Source: Nitrospinales bacterium (GTDB taxonomy: Bacteria; Nitrospinota; Nitrospinia; Nitrospinales; VA-1). Taken from it: a DNA stretch of 64,000 nt. Positions 54,943 to 64,000 of this stretch are shown one piece after another. Position 1 is the first letter of the stretch, and every line of letters starts with the position of its first letter. The translations under genes were made by a program, and so were the position numbers. The DNA lies in contig CBDCWG010000007.1 in NCBI GenBank assembly GCA_965223345.1, forward strand, positions 160,001 through 224,000, in the 5' to 3' direction. The notes beneath the pieces are model-generated. The model did no database searches. It was not told the DNA's origin and saw only the letters and a program-made list of their open reading frames with translations.

Positions 54943-55923
54943 TCACCTCTCCCTTGGAATGATTTGATCGATTTGGATGGCCTTGGATCCTTTGGAAACG
55001 CCGGGGAATCCTCTGAACTTGGGAATGCCCTCGATCTTGAGCGTCATCGGCTGGGACACGTCGTTGCCCAGCATGAGCGTGTCCCCGGTCTTGAACTTGA
55101 GCAGCTCCGCCGGCGTGATTTCCGTCCTGCCCAGCTCCACCACCCCTTGCACTTCGGTCTGCATCAATTCGGAGCGCAGCCTGCGCAGCCAGCCCTGATC
55201 GACCTCCATCTCCTCGCTCTGAAACTGCGCCTTGAGCTTGGGCATGATGGGCTCGATGGCGGCGAACGGCAGGCAGATCGTCAGGGTGCCGGAAATGGTT
55301 TCCAGTTCGATGTCGAACAGCAGCACCAGCACGACGTCGGTCGGCGGCACGATGGCGGCGAACTGCGGGTTCACTTCCGAACGGACGTAATTGGTGGTGA
55401 CCGCGTGCACCGGCTTCCAGGCTTTTTCCAAATCCTCCAGCGCATTCAGGACGACGTTTTTGATCATGCGGATTTCGATGGAACTGAAATCCCGGCCGGT
55501 GATTTTCGCTTCCATGGAGCCGGTGCCGCCGAAAAAAGTATCGACCACGGCGAACACGAGCTTGCTTTCGACCACCATCAACCCGTGCCCGCGAAACGGT
55601 TCCATCCGGAAGATGTGCAGGCTGGAGGGGACCGGCAAAGAACGCAGAAAATCGCCGAACTTGATGGTGTCTGTGGAAACGATGCTGACGTCCACGGACT
55701 TGTGCATCATCCCGGCGAAGGTGCCGCGAAACAGACGCGAGAACATCTGGTTGATGATGTCGAGTGTGGGAAGCCGCCCGCGGATGATCTTTTCCTGGCT
55801 GGTCAGGTCGTAGGGCACGACGCCGGAAACCTCTTCCGGCTGATCGGTTTCGGTTTCAACGTCCCCTTCGCCGACGCCTCTCAGTAGGGCGTCAACTTCA
55901 CCTTGTGAGAGTACCTCGCTCAT
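54943..55923 (-). CDS. fliM: Flagellar motor switch protein FliM
   Basis: CheY-binding 'LSQGEVDALL', 'FFGG.G' and 'EVNPQF'. Confidence 0.96.
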   Translation of the reverse strand: MSEVLSQGEVDALLRGVGEGDVETETDQPEEVSGVVPYDLTSQEKIIRGRLPTLDIINQMFSRLFRGTFAGMMHKSVDVSIVSTDTIKFGDFLRSLPVPSSLHIFRMEPFRGHGLMVVESKLVFAVVDTFFGGTGSMEAKITGRDFSSIEIRMIKNVVLNALEDLEKAWKPVHAVTTNYVRSEVNPQFAAIVPPTDVVLVLLFDIELETISGTLTICLPFAAIEPIMPKLKAQFQSEEMEVDQGWLRRLRSELMQTEVQGVVELGRTEITPAELLKFKTGDTLMLGNDVSQPMTLKIEGIPKFRGFPGVSKGSKAIQIDQIIPRER

Positions 55924-56013
55924 ACTCGGCTCGATCCCCGCTCAAACTTCGTTTGCAATGCAATGCCGCTTCGCGTTCGCGCGTTGCAGTACGACCTGAG
56001 GATGCTCATTGTA

Positions 56014-56532
56014 TCACTGAATGATGAATTCGGTGAAATAAGCGTCCTTGATGTGGCCCCGCACCAGAAACCGGTTGACCCGGGTTGCGATTTCATCCTT
56101 CAGCTTGAATTTTCCCTGGACGGAGTATACATCCTCAAAGGTTTTGCTGCTCAACAAAACGAGGATGGAGTCGGTGATTTTCTGCAGGTTTTCCTTGATC
56201 TCGGCGTGCACCTCCGGAGCGCTGAGCTCCAGCGAAACGGTCACTTTGAGAAAACGTTTTCCTTTGCTGTCCGCAAGGTTGACGATGAACGGATCGAGCG
56301 GGAACATGACTCCGAGATCCGGCGCGGTTTCCGGTTCCGCCACATTTTCCTCAGTCGTTTCCTCCGATTCGGCGTCCTTTTTAAAATACTTGGTGTAAGC
56401 GAAAAAACCGCCGCCGCCGAGTGCCAGAAGAACGATCAGAAGGATGAGAATGAACTTGAAGGACGATTTTTTTTCCGGAGCCGAAAGTTCCGCCTCACCT
56501 TCTTCCAGAGCATTATCCTGTTCTTCGGCCAT
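56014..56532 (-). CDS. fliL: Flagellar basal-body-associated protein FliL
   Basis: Single TM; 'FIVNLAD', 'GK..LKDEI' and 'YFTEFIIQ'. Confidence 0.93.
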   Translation of the reverse strand: MAEEQDNALEEGEAELSAPEKKSSFKFILILLIVLLALGGGGFFAYTKYFKKDAESEETTEENVAEPETAPDLGVMFPLDPFIVNLADSKGKRFLKVTVSLELSAPEVHAEIKENLQKITDSILVLLSSKTFEDVYSVQGKFKLKDEIATRVNRFLVRGHIKDAYFTEFIIQ

Positions 56533-56662
56533 TCATCTCTCCCTCGTTGCAAACAGTGGGACCCGGACTTTCTGTTTCGCAAGCCCCGTTCGGCAACGGT
56601 CGTTTGCTGCGGCGCATCCGAAACGGCGTCGCCGTTTCGGATTTTCTGCAAAAGATTAAAAA

Positions 56663-56679
56663 AGCAAGGAGTGTGCCAA
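56663..56679 (-). promoter_or_regulatory. Sigma54 (-24/-12) promoter for fliLMN
   Basis: Minus strand TTGGCAC-ACTCC-TTGCT, a perfect match to TGGCAC-N5-TTGC. Confidence 0.8.
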
Positions 56680-57050
56680 CGCTCGCCAGGCGGGAAAACA
56701 CATACCAAGACAAGAAATATCAAGTGATTAGCTTTGTCCCGATGCGGGCGTCGTCTGTCCGGCACTGCCGGATTGGATGCAGGAAGTCATTATTTTGACG
56801 AGACGGCTCAAAAGCCCCCCTCCCCGCTTGCGCATTACCCGTCATTTTGTATTCGGACGACTGTGCCGATTCCTAAACCGGTTTGTTCAATTATGTCGCA
56901 CTGTTTCGATGCGGCTGCCCGGTTTCAAAGCACAAATCCGGATTGCGCCCTTTTGCGGATTTTCACCCGCCCGGCGCCACTTCCGCCCTATCCAATTCTA
57001 ATATTTGGAGTTATTCGCACACCGCTGGTTGCGCCGCCGGAACGGTCGGA

Positions 57051-57067
57051 CTGGTACAAGAATTGAA
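57051..57067 (+). promoter_or_regulatory. Possible degenerate sigma54 promoter for amtB
   Basis: CTGGTAC-AAGAA-TTGAA: spacing is correct, but both the -24 and -12 boxes have one mismatch. Confidence 0.35.
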
Positions 57068-57194
57068 ATCTCCTTTCTCGATGATGAGGCGGGGTGTATC
57101 CGATTTGCGGCTGCCCTTCCGGGAGGTGCGTGCGGTGAAACCACTCCTCAAGGTCCCTGGAATCGTAATCTGTTCAGTAAGGAGGCTGTGTTCG

Positions 57195-58490
57195 ATGAAA
57201 ATTGCCAAACGGGTGCTGTGGATGGCGTTTTGTTTTTCGTTTTTCCTGATTCTGTTTCCTCTCTCTCAGGCCGGTGCGGAAGAAGCGGCCACAATCAGTT
57301 ACGCAGACACAGCCTGGATCCTTATCTCCGCGGCCCTGGTCATGCTCATGCTTCCCGGCCTGGCGCTTTTTTACGGCGGCATGGTGCGGCGCAAGAACGT
57401 CCTGGGCACGCTGATGCACAGCTTCGTTCCACTGGGCGTCATCACGGTGCAGTGGATCGTCATCGGCTACACGCTGTCCTTCGGGGAGGACATCGGCAAG
57501 TTTGTGGGCGGACTCGACAAAGCCTTCCTCGCCGGCATCTCGTTCAAGGATCTCAACGGCACCATCCCGGAATATCTGTTCTGCATGTTCCAGTTGATGT
57601 TCGCGATCATCACCGCCGCGCTGATCAGCGGCGGCATGGCGGAGCGGGTCAAGTTCAAGGCCTACCTGGTCTTCATCCTGATCTGGTCCACCCTGGTTTA
57701 CGATCCGATCTGCCACTGGGTCTGGGGCGGCGGCTGGCTCGCCGAACTGGGAGCCCTGGATTTTGCCGGCGGCACGGTGGTCCACATTTCCTCCGGCGTC
57801 GCGGCGCTGGCGGCGGCGCTGATCCTGAAAAAACGGCGCGGGTTTCCGGGCACGCTCATGATTCCCCACAGCCTGCCGCTAACGCTTCTGGGGGCCGGGT
57901 TGTTGTGGTTCGGCTGGTTCGGGTTCAACGCGGGTAGCGCCCTGGCCGCAGATGAGATGGCGGTCCTCGCCTTCACCAACACGCAGGTGGCGACGGGAGC
58001 CGGCCTTCTGGGCTGGGTGTGCATGGAGATCGTCAAAATGGGCAAAGCCAGCGCACTGGGCGCCGCGTCTGGAATCGTGGCGGGTCTGGTGGCGATCACG
58101 CCGGCGGCGGGTTTTGTGGAACCGCTGTGGGCGCTGGTGATCGGTTTTGCTGCCGGGATGATCTGCTACGCGGCGGTGGTGATGAAGATCCGCGTGGGCT
58201 ACGACGATTCGCTGGATGTGTTCGGGATTCACGCGGTCGGCGGCGCCTGGGGCGCCCTGGCGACCGGCCTGTTCGTCACGGTGGGCGGCACGGGTCTGCT
58301 GGCGGGCAACCTGAAACAGGTGGGGATCCAGCTCGTCGGCATCGGCGCGGCAGCGGCGTATTCGTTTGCGGTGACGTATGGAATCGTCGTGGCGATCGAC
58401 AAGACCATCGGATTTAGGGTCGATGACGAAGACGAGGAAATGGGTCTGGACACCACGCAGCACGGAGAAACGGGTTACAACCTGGTCTGA
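57195..58490 (+). CDS. amtB: Ammonium transporter
   Basis: 'PGLALFYGG', 'FQLMFAIIT', 'HWVWGGG', 'DFAGGTVVH', 'WFGWFGFNAGS' and 'DDSLDVFGIH'. TAAGGAGG RBS before ATG 57195. Confidence 0.96.
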   Translation: MKIAKRVLWMAFCFSFFLILFPLSQAGAEEAATISYADTAWILISAALVMLMLPGLALFYGGMVRRKNVLGTLMHSFVPLGVITVQWIVIGYTLSFGEDIGKFVGGLDKAFLAGISFKDLNGTIPEYLFCMFQLMFAIITAALISGGMAERVKFKAYLVFILIWSTLVYDPICHWVWGGGWLAELGALDFAGGTVVHISSGVAALAAALILKKRRGFPGTLMIPHSLPLTLLGAGLLWFGWFGFNAGSALAADEMAVLAFTNTQVATGAGLLGWVCMEIVKMGKASALGAASGIVAGLVAITPAAGFVEPLWALVIGFAAGMICYAAVVMKIRVGYDDSLDVFGIHAVGGAWGALATGLFVTVGGTGLLAGNLKQVGIQLVGIGAAAAYSFAVTYGIVVAIDKTIGFRVDDEDEEMGLDTTQHGETGYNLV

Positions 58491-58581
58491 GCGGACGGGT
58501 CCGGCTTCATCGACTGGAGCCCCCGTTCACATCGCTCAACGGATGCACCGAAATAATTTTTTCGGTGTAGCGATTTTTTGA

Positions 58582-58610
58582 TTGACTTTTCGATGCTTAA
58601 AAAATATGGT
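58582..58610 (+). promoter_or_regulatory. Sigma70-type promoter for the porin gene
   Basis: TTGACT-N17-TATGGT. An inverted repeat CACCGAAA...TTTCGGTG lies just upstream (about 58546-58567). Confidence 0.5.
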
Positions 58611-58720
58611 TCCCCTACGGTGGCCGGGTTCCGATAAGCATGAAAAAGTTTTTTTAAACGGATCCGGCCGGTGGTTGCTACGCGAAGGGCCGGAGACTCT
58701 TGGAGGGGAGGTATCGTACC

Positions 58721-59863
58721 ATGCGTAATCGTAGAATCGTTGTGCTCGCGCTGACATTTTTTCTCGCCGGCGGCGGGCTGGCCCGGGCGGATGGGGTCCT
58801 GAAAGTTCTAGAGGATATCGAAATCCACGGTTTCGTGTCCTCCTCCTACACGTTCAACTTCAACGAACCCACACGGCAGGCGCCCAATTCGGCGACCAAC
58901 ATCAACCGGATCTTCGACAAGGACCACAACAGCTTCAAGTTCGACGTGGCGGAGCTGGTGCTCCTGAAAGAAACGCCCAATCGGGGCGACGTCGGATTCC
59001 GCACCGACCTCAACTACGGCTTCAGCATCCCGGAAGTCACGCAATCCACCCCCGGCCCCGGCGACACGCAAAACAGCGAGTTCGACCTGCAGCAGGGCTA
59101 CGTGTCCTGGAACGCCCCGGTGGGCAAGGGGCTGCAGCTGGATTTCGGTAAGTTCATCACGCATGTCGGCGCCGAGGTGATCGAAGGCTACGACGGCTGG
59201 AACTACAACTTCTCCCGGTCTTTTCTGTTCGGCCTCGCCATTCCGTTCACCCACACGGGTCTCCGGGCGGGATACGAGATCAACGACAAGGTCAGCGTGA
59301 TGGGCATGATCGCCAACGGCTGGGACAACACCACCGACAACAACAGCGGCAAGACCTTCGGGACGCAGATCGCCTACACGCCCAACAGCAACATCGGCCT
59401 GCTGCTCAACTGGGTGGTCGGCCCGGAATCGGCCAACTCCAACGACCTGCAGCAGGTGTTCGACGTGGTGCTGGATATCGGCATCACCGACGACACGCTT
59501 TTGCAGCTCAACTTCGATTACGGCATCACCGACAATGCAGATGCGGACGGCAGCAACGCGGAATGGTGGGGCGTCGCGGGCATCGTTCGGCACGATTACA
59601 ACAAATGGTTTTCCATCAATCTGCGCGGCGAGTATTTTGACGATGTGGACGGCACCCGCGCCGGATCCGGCGGTGGAGCCCCGGCGGGACAGCAGTTGTG
59701 GGAGATCACCGTCACGCCTGAATTCCGCATCAACCAGAACCTGATCGTGCGGCTGGAGTACCGGCACGACCAATCGACCGCAGACGTCTTTTTCGATGAG
59801 AACCCTGGCACGTTTACGGACAGCCAGGACACGGTTGCTGTGAACGGGATTTTTTATTTCTGA
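58721..59863 (+). CDS. Outer-membrane beta-barrel porin (BBP2/DUF1597-like)
   Basis: Signal peptide; 'GKFITHVGAEVI', 'NFSRSFLF...PFTHTG', 'NGWD' and 'RLEYRHD'; terminal aromatic 'IFYF'. Confidence 0.85.
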   Translation: MRNRRIVVLALTFFLAGGGLARADGVLKVLEDIEIHGFVSSSYTFNFNEPTRQAPNSATNINRIFDKDHNSFKFDVAELVLLKETPNRGDVGFRTDLNYGFSIPEVTQSTPGPGDTQNSEFDLQQGYVSWNAPVGKGLQLDFGKFITHVGAEVIEGYDGWNYNFSRSFLFGLAIPFTHTGLRAGYEINDKVSVMGMIANGWDNTTDNNSGKTFGTQIAYTPNSNIGLLLNWVVGPESANSNDLQQVFDVVLDIGITDDTLLQLNFDYGITDNADADGSNAEWWGVAGIVRHDYNKWFSINLRGEYFDDVDGTRAGSGGGAPAGQQLWEITVTPEFRINQNLIVRLEYRHDQSTADVFFDENPGTFTDSQDTVAVNGIFYF

Positions 59864-60086
59864 TTCCCTCCCTCCTCCAATGCACACGCCCGCCGGATTC
59901 CCAGCCGGTCGGCTTTGAGGAGCACATCATCGTTGTGTGTTTCGGGCCGGGCGTGGATGCGCCCGGCCACTTCCTTTTTGGGCCCCTTTTCGCCCCCAAC
60001 CGCGGCGGCGCGGCCCGGAAACCGGTTTCTTTCCCCCTCTGGAAGCGGTAAAATCATCCCTTTCTATCGACTCTCGATCCCAGACG

Positions 60087-60437
60087 GTGCTCACTCAAGA
60101 TCAAAACACCATCGTTTACCTGATGTTCTTAAACGGCATCCTGTTTCTCGGGCTGAACTTCATCGCCCATTCGCTGGTGTTTCCGGGGCCGAAAGGTTCG
60201 AAACGCATCGGCTACGTCCTCATCGTGGCGGCGGTTCTGGCGTTTGCGGTGCAGCAGGAATACCGCACGCTGCTGTCGCTCGATTTCCAGCCGGAGGACG
60301 GCCGGCAGATCCTGCTGTTCGGTTTTGCGCTGCCGGTATTTCTGGTCTCGATGGTGTATTATCGTGTAAAGCGAAACCACATGGAAAAAAAGGCCCTTAA
60401 AGACGCCCCCCCTCCCCGTTCCGATGAAACCGATTGA
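60087..60437 (+). CDS. Small three-TM membrane protein, hypothetical
   Basis: Three hydrophobic helices; overlaps the ltaE start. Start is GTG 60087 or ATG 60123. Confidence 0.6.
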   Translation: MLTQDQNTIVYLMFLNGILFLGLNFIAHSLVFPGPKGSKRIGYVLIVAAVLAFAVQQEYRTLLSLDFQPEDGRQILLFGFALPVFLVSMVYYRVKRNHMEKKALKDAPPPRSDETD

Positions 60438-61458
60438 TCTGAGAAGCGACACGCTGACCCAACCCACAGATGCCATGCGCCAGGCGATGGCGAAAGCCCG
60501 TGTGGGCGACGACGTGTACCGGGAAGACCCCACGGTCATCGAACTGGAACGGGCGGCGGCGGAGAAGCTGGGAAAAGAGGCGGCGCTGTTCGTGCCCAGC
60601 GGCACGATGGGCAATCTGATCTCCCTCCTCACGCACTGCGGGCGCGGTGAGGAGGTGCTTCTGGGCGACCGCAGCCACATCTTCCTGAATGAAGTGGGAG
60701 GCCTCTCCGCGCTGGGAGGGATGGTCGTGCACCTCATCGCCAACGAAGAGGACGGCACCCTGCCTTTACCGGTTGTGGAAAAATCCATCCGTCACAAGGA
60801 GATCCACTACCCGCCCACGGGCCTGATCTGCCTGGAAAACACCCACAACTACTGCCACGGCTCTCCCCTTTCCCCGCAATACATGGATCGGGCGGGTAAC
60901 CTGGCAAAACGGCATGCGCTCAGGATTCACCTGGACGGCGCGCGGATTTTCAACGCTGCGGTGGCGTTACAGTGCGATGTGAAGGCGCTCACCCGACAGG
61001 CGGATTCGGTGATGTTCTGCCTGTCGAAGGGGCTTTCTGCGCCGGTGGGGTCGCTGGTAGCCGGCTCGGGCGAATTCATCGAGCGGGCGCGGAAAATGCG
61101 GAAAATGGTGGGCGGCGGGATGCGCCAGGCCGGTCATCTGGCCGCGGCCGGACTGGAGGCGCTGGAATGCGGGATCGACCGGCTGAAAGAGGACCACATT
61201 AACGCCGCCCGGCTGGCCCAAGGGCTCGCCGCTCTCAAAGGCGTCGCGATCGAGGTGAAAAATGTGCGGACCAACATCGTTTTTTTCGGTCTCGATCATC
61301 CCGAATGCAGCCCGGAGAAATTACAGAGCAAACTGGACGCCGCCGGCGTCCGCATCCTGATGACCGATCCCGGGGTGTTCCGGGCGGTTCTGCACCGGGA
61401 CATTTCCGCAGAGCAGGTGGAACAGGCGCTCACGGTCTTTCAATCGATCCTGGGCTGA
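60424..61458 (+). CDS. ltaE: Low-specificity L-threonine aldolase
   Basis: 'IDLRSDT.T.PT', 'GDDVY.EDP', 'PSGTMGN', 'ENTHN', 'HLDGARIFNA' and 'CLSKGL.AP.GS'. Confidence 0.95.
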   Translation: MKPIDLRSDTLTQPTDAMRQAMAKARVGDDVYREDPTVIELERAAAEKLGKEAALFVPSGTMGNLISLLTHCGRGEEVLLGDRSHIFLNEVGGLSALGGMVVHLIANEEDGTLPLPVVEKSIRHKEIHYPPTGLICLENTHNYCHGSPLSPQYMDRAGNLAKRHALRIHLDGARIFNAAVALQCDVKALTRQADSVMFCLSKGLSAPVGSLVAGSGEFIERARKMRKMVGGGMRQAGHLAAAGLEALECGIDRLKEDHINAARLAQGLAALKGVAIEVKNVRTNIVFFGLDHPECSPEKLQSKLDAAGVRILMTDPGVFRAVLHRDISAEQVEQALTVFQSILG

Positions 61459-61480
61459 GGCAAGCTGTTGGACTTAGGGT

Positions 61481-61509
61481 TTGACACGGATTTGCGGAAA
61501 CATTAAAAT
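61481..61509 (+). promoter_or_regulatory. Sigma70 promoter for rpoZ
   Basis: TTGACA-N17-TAAAAT, near-consensus. Confidence 0.75.
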
Positions 61510-61556
61510 GCAGGGTTCTGAAGGGACTGTAAACCTTTTGCCGTGAAGGGAACTCC

Positions 61557-61790
61557 ATGATCGTACAGGACAATATGGAACTGGCCAAAGAGGCCTTGGA
61601 CGTCGTCAAAAGCCGCTACCTTTTGTGCATCCTCGTGGCTCAGAGGATCCACCAGCTGGAAAAAGGCGCCCAGCCCACCATCGAAGTCGATCCCGAAGAG
61701 TTGGCCTCTCCGCGAGCGTTTTACGCCATCGCGCTCAGGGAAATCATCGAGGGCAACATGGATCTGGAACAGATCAGCGAAGAAGAATGA
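61557..61790 (+). CDS. rpoZ: RNA polymerase omega subunit
   Basis: 'SRYLLCILVAQR..QL..G' and 'IALREIIEG' are the omega signature. Confidence 0.85.
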   Translation: MIVQDNMELAKEALDVVKSRYLLCILVAQRIHQLEKGAQPTIEVDPEELASPRAFYAIALREIIEGNMDLEQISEEE

Positions 61791-61910
61791 CCGCCCGCCC
61801 TTCCCCCCTCGTTTGACCCACTTATTCTTTTAAGCTTTTTCAGGCACACGCCCGCACAGGGTGGTATTTTTTCCTGTGCGGTTTTGCTTTTTTCCGGTCC
61901 GGAATCCAAT

Positions 61911-61944
61911 AAAAAAAGCCCGCCTCGATGAGGCGGGCTTTTCT
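61911..61944. terminator. Bidirectional intrinsic terminator between convergent genes
   Basis: AAAAAAAGCCCGCCTC-GAT-GAGGCGGGCTTTT. Confidence 0.85.
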
Positions 61945-61974
61945 GTTCAGCCTTTTAGCGAATCACAAACTCAC

Positions 61975-63705
61975 TTAAGGAATGATGTCTCGTTTGACTT
62001 TGCCCTCGTCATACATCTTCCGCGTGCGTTTGGTCATCCACACCAGCCAACCCTGCAGTCCGACGAAAACGACCGCCATGATCGGAGGCATGTAGTACAG
62101 GGACTTGGGCAGTGCCGGTTTCAAAATGGTGTAGTACCAGGTTGAAATCGCCATGTGCTCGTCTTTTTCTTTGTCCCTGCCGGTCCATTGCATGAAAGAC
62201 ACCGGAATGAACTGCTCGGACGGGATCTGAACGTCCGTTTCCAGGTTTTCATTGGTCAGGGACCGTTTGACCAGGATTTTCACCCGTCCCTGATGGAAAA
62301 TCGAATCGAGGACTTCCACCGTCGGAGCGTGCTCTTTCGGCGTCAAGGCGTCGTAGCCATTGCCATTGAACTCGTTGACCTTGACATCCAGCTTATAGCC
62401 CGCTTCGTTGGGCGGATTGGTGGCGTTGTAGTCCTTGACGAGAAAATCCACCTTCCAGATGTCCACAGGCTTTTTGGAATCCCCAAAGATGAAATAGGGT
62501 TTTTCCGCACCGAACAGATCCTGCAGCTTGGCGGGCCACTGCATGGCCACCGCGTCGGGATATTCGGAATCCGTGGACAGGAACCGCTGGTGGTACTCAA
62601 TCAGATAGTAAACCGCCCCTTCTTCGGAACTCCAGCGTGAGGAAATCCAGAGGTTGTCCACTTTAGGATCGAAATTGCGTTTCCCGCGGGTGATCTGCCC
62701 CGCCAACGCAATGTAGTTTTTCCGCGGATTGCCTTCCATCTCTTCAGGCCAGGCCTTGATCTCAGGATCGTCATCCGGGTTGACCCACATGGGATCGTTG
62801 ATCGTGGTGGCCACTTTGCCCTCGGTGAACTCGGAACTGATGAGGAAGTCCGGCACCGGTTTGTTGGTCAGCTTGTCCATCTTTTTCCGCGGGCACAGGG
62901 AATTGACGAACGCCGCCAGTTTCCACCGGTCCTCGAGGGTGATCTGATCCTTGAAGTTGGGCATCGGCGTTCCGTTCAAGCCGGTGGTGACCGTTCGAAC
63001 CACGTTGAACGGGTCGAAATGCTGCCGCCGGCTGCCGCGGAAGTTCCAGCACTGCTGCCAGTCGGCCGCAACGATCGGGAAACCCCAGTCGTCTTTCATG
63101 GTGGGGTTGCCGTCTCCGCGTCCTTCGCCGCCGTGGCACTCAAAACACTTGTTCTTGATGAAGATCTCTTTACCCGCATCGATGTCTTCCTGCGGGATGC
63201 CCAGGTGATACGGCCCCTCGGAGTTCCAGGGGTTCTGTCCGAAATCCTGGTAGTTGATTTCTTCATCTTCGGAGTCGTTGAAGTCGCGATCCTGAACCAG
63301 GGTCTTGACGAAGTTCACCACCGCAACGATTTCAGCGTCGCTGAGGATCCCTTGCCAGGGAGGCATCGCCGACCCGGGCAATCCGTTTTTGACCGTCCGG
63401 ATGAGATCGTCTTCCAGAGGAAGCTCACCGGAGTCGGTCCAGCGGATTTTAAAGGTCCCCTGGATGAAGTTACGCGGACGCGTGAACAGGCGATCCGCTG
63501 CCGGACCGTCACCGCCGCCTTCCACACCGTGACACCAGACGCAACGCTTGAAATACACCAGTTTTCCCTGCTCCAGCAGCTCCGTCTTGACCGGATCCGG
63601 CGCCTGCTGGGCAAATAGGCTTCCCGGCGCACCGATCACGGCGATCACGGCCAAACTCATAAGCCATTTCAATGTTTTATTCTTATTCATGACATCCTTT
63701 TCCAT
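61975..63705 (-). CDS. Diheme cytochrome c + EbdC-like (DMSO reductase type II gamma) domain with C-terminal TM anchor; candidate nitrite oxidoreductase membrane (NxrC-like) subunit
   Basis: Signal peptide; CVWCH and CFECH heme c sites with 'AMP'/'PMP' Met ligands; 'DAVAMQWP' and 'PVSFMQW.G...ISTW' EB_dh-like motifs; C-terminal TM helix. Confidence 0.7.
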   Translation of the reverse strand: MEKDVMNKNKTLKWLMSLAVIAVIGAPGSLFAQQAPDPVKTELLEQGKLVYFKRCVWCHGVEGGGDGPAADRLFTRPRNFIQGTFKIRWTDSGELPLEDDLIRTVKNGLPGSAMPPWQGILSDAEIVAVVNFVKTLVQDRDFNDSEDEEINYQDFGQNPWNSEGPYHLGIPQEDIDAGKEIFIKNKCFECHGGEGRGDGNPTMKDDWGFPIVAADWQQCWNFRGSRRQHFDPFNVVRTVTTGLNGTPMPNFKDQITLEDRWKLAAFVNSLCPRKKMDKLTNKPVPDFLISSEFTEGKVATTINDPMWVNPDDDPEIKAWPEEMEGNPRKNYIALAGQITRGKRNFDPKVDNLWISSRWSSEEGAVYYLIEYHQRFLSTDSEYPDAVAMQWPAKLQDLFGAEKPYFIFGDSKKPVDIWKVDFLVKDYNATNPPNEAGYKLDVKVNEFNGNGYDALTPKEHAPTVEVLDSIFHQGRVKILVKRSLTNENLETDVQIPSEQFIPVSFMQWTGRDKEKDEHMAISTWYYTILKPALPKSLYYMPPIMAVVFVGLQGWLVWMTKRTRKMYDEGKVKRDIIP

Positions 63706-63745
63706 ATTAGATAAAGGTTAATGAAAGTTTTACGAGATCACCCGA

Positions 63746-64000
63746 TCAATGAGCCCCTGCAGGTCGGCCTTCTTTTTCAAACTGACCCACATAGGATTCT
63801 TCGGTGTCGAATGTTCTCGGATGCCATCCGGTGTACCAGTATTCGAACAGGATGACTTTCCAGATCTGCTCGGTCGTCAAATGCTCTTCCCACGGGGGCA
63901 TTGCAGATGACCACGGAGTGGATTCGTTGGGAAGTCCCGGTCCGCCCTTGGCCACGCGCCAGAACAAGAATGATTCCCTGAGCATCGCGATCGTTCCCGG
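63746..64000 (-). CDS. 3' end of a cytochrome c-type protein (partial, continues beyond the window)
   Basis: Frame is open to the window edge; 'FLFWRVAKGGPGLP...SAMPPWE..LT.EQIWKVI' is a class I cytochrome c C-terminal half. Confidence 0.75.
   Translation of the reverse strand, partial: PGTIAMLRESFLFWRVAKGGPGLPNESTPWSSAMPPWEEHLTTEQIWKVILFEYWYTGWHPRTFDTEESYVGQFEKEGRPAGAH

Noticed and set aside
56883..57194. 104-aa N-terminal extension of AmtB in the ORF track
   Set aside because: A strong RBS and signal-like sequence at ATG 57195 indicate the real start; the upstream region looks regulatory.

Overview
A 64-kb window of GC-rich bacterial chromosome, mostly core genes. It most likely comes from a flagellated marine nitrite oxidiser of the Nitrospinota (Nitrospina-like). 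That assignment is inferred from a diheme cytochrome c/EbdC-like NxrC-candidate gene, a betaine methyltransferase plus BCCT pair and an AmtB plus porin pair. Main blocks, in order: envelope and repair genes (ArnT-like transferase, tag, TonB receptor); an EF-G paralog with ihfA and merR; amidase-der-MBL/cNMP; REC/HD-GYP-like-motAB-ribD-ribE-ribBA-ribH-nusB; a NACHT-FGE protein; an AT-rich accessory cassette (DUF4238-like and others); cinA; purE-tsaC-acpS-lpxL; REC-CheB-like/HDOD; SDMT/BCCT; the flagellar fliL-M-N, fliO-P-Q-R-flhB-flhA-flhF-flhG-fliA cluster; amtB, porin, ltaE and rpoZ; and the end of a cytochrome c cluster. I saw no rRNA, tRNA, CRISPR array, transposase or integrase. The most unusual signal is non-coding: several families of short palindromic or heptamer-like repeats bracket small accessory gene sets in inverted orientation (5391-6932 and 29258-31572). 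The two loci also share a ~130-nt element whose hairpin shows compensatory base changes. Two apparent pseudo-enzymes are also notable: a degenerate HD-GYP directly upstream of motAB, and a CheB lacking its catalytic Ser. All family assignments come from motif recognition by eye; no database searches were run.
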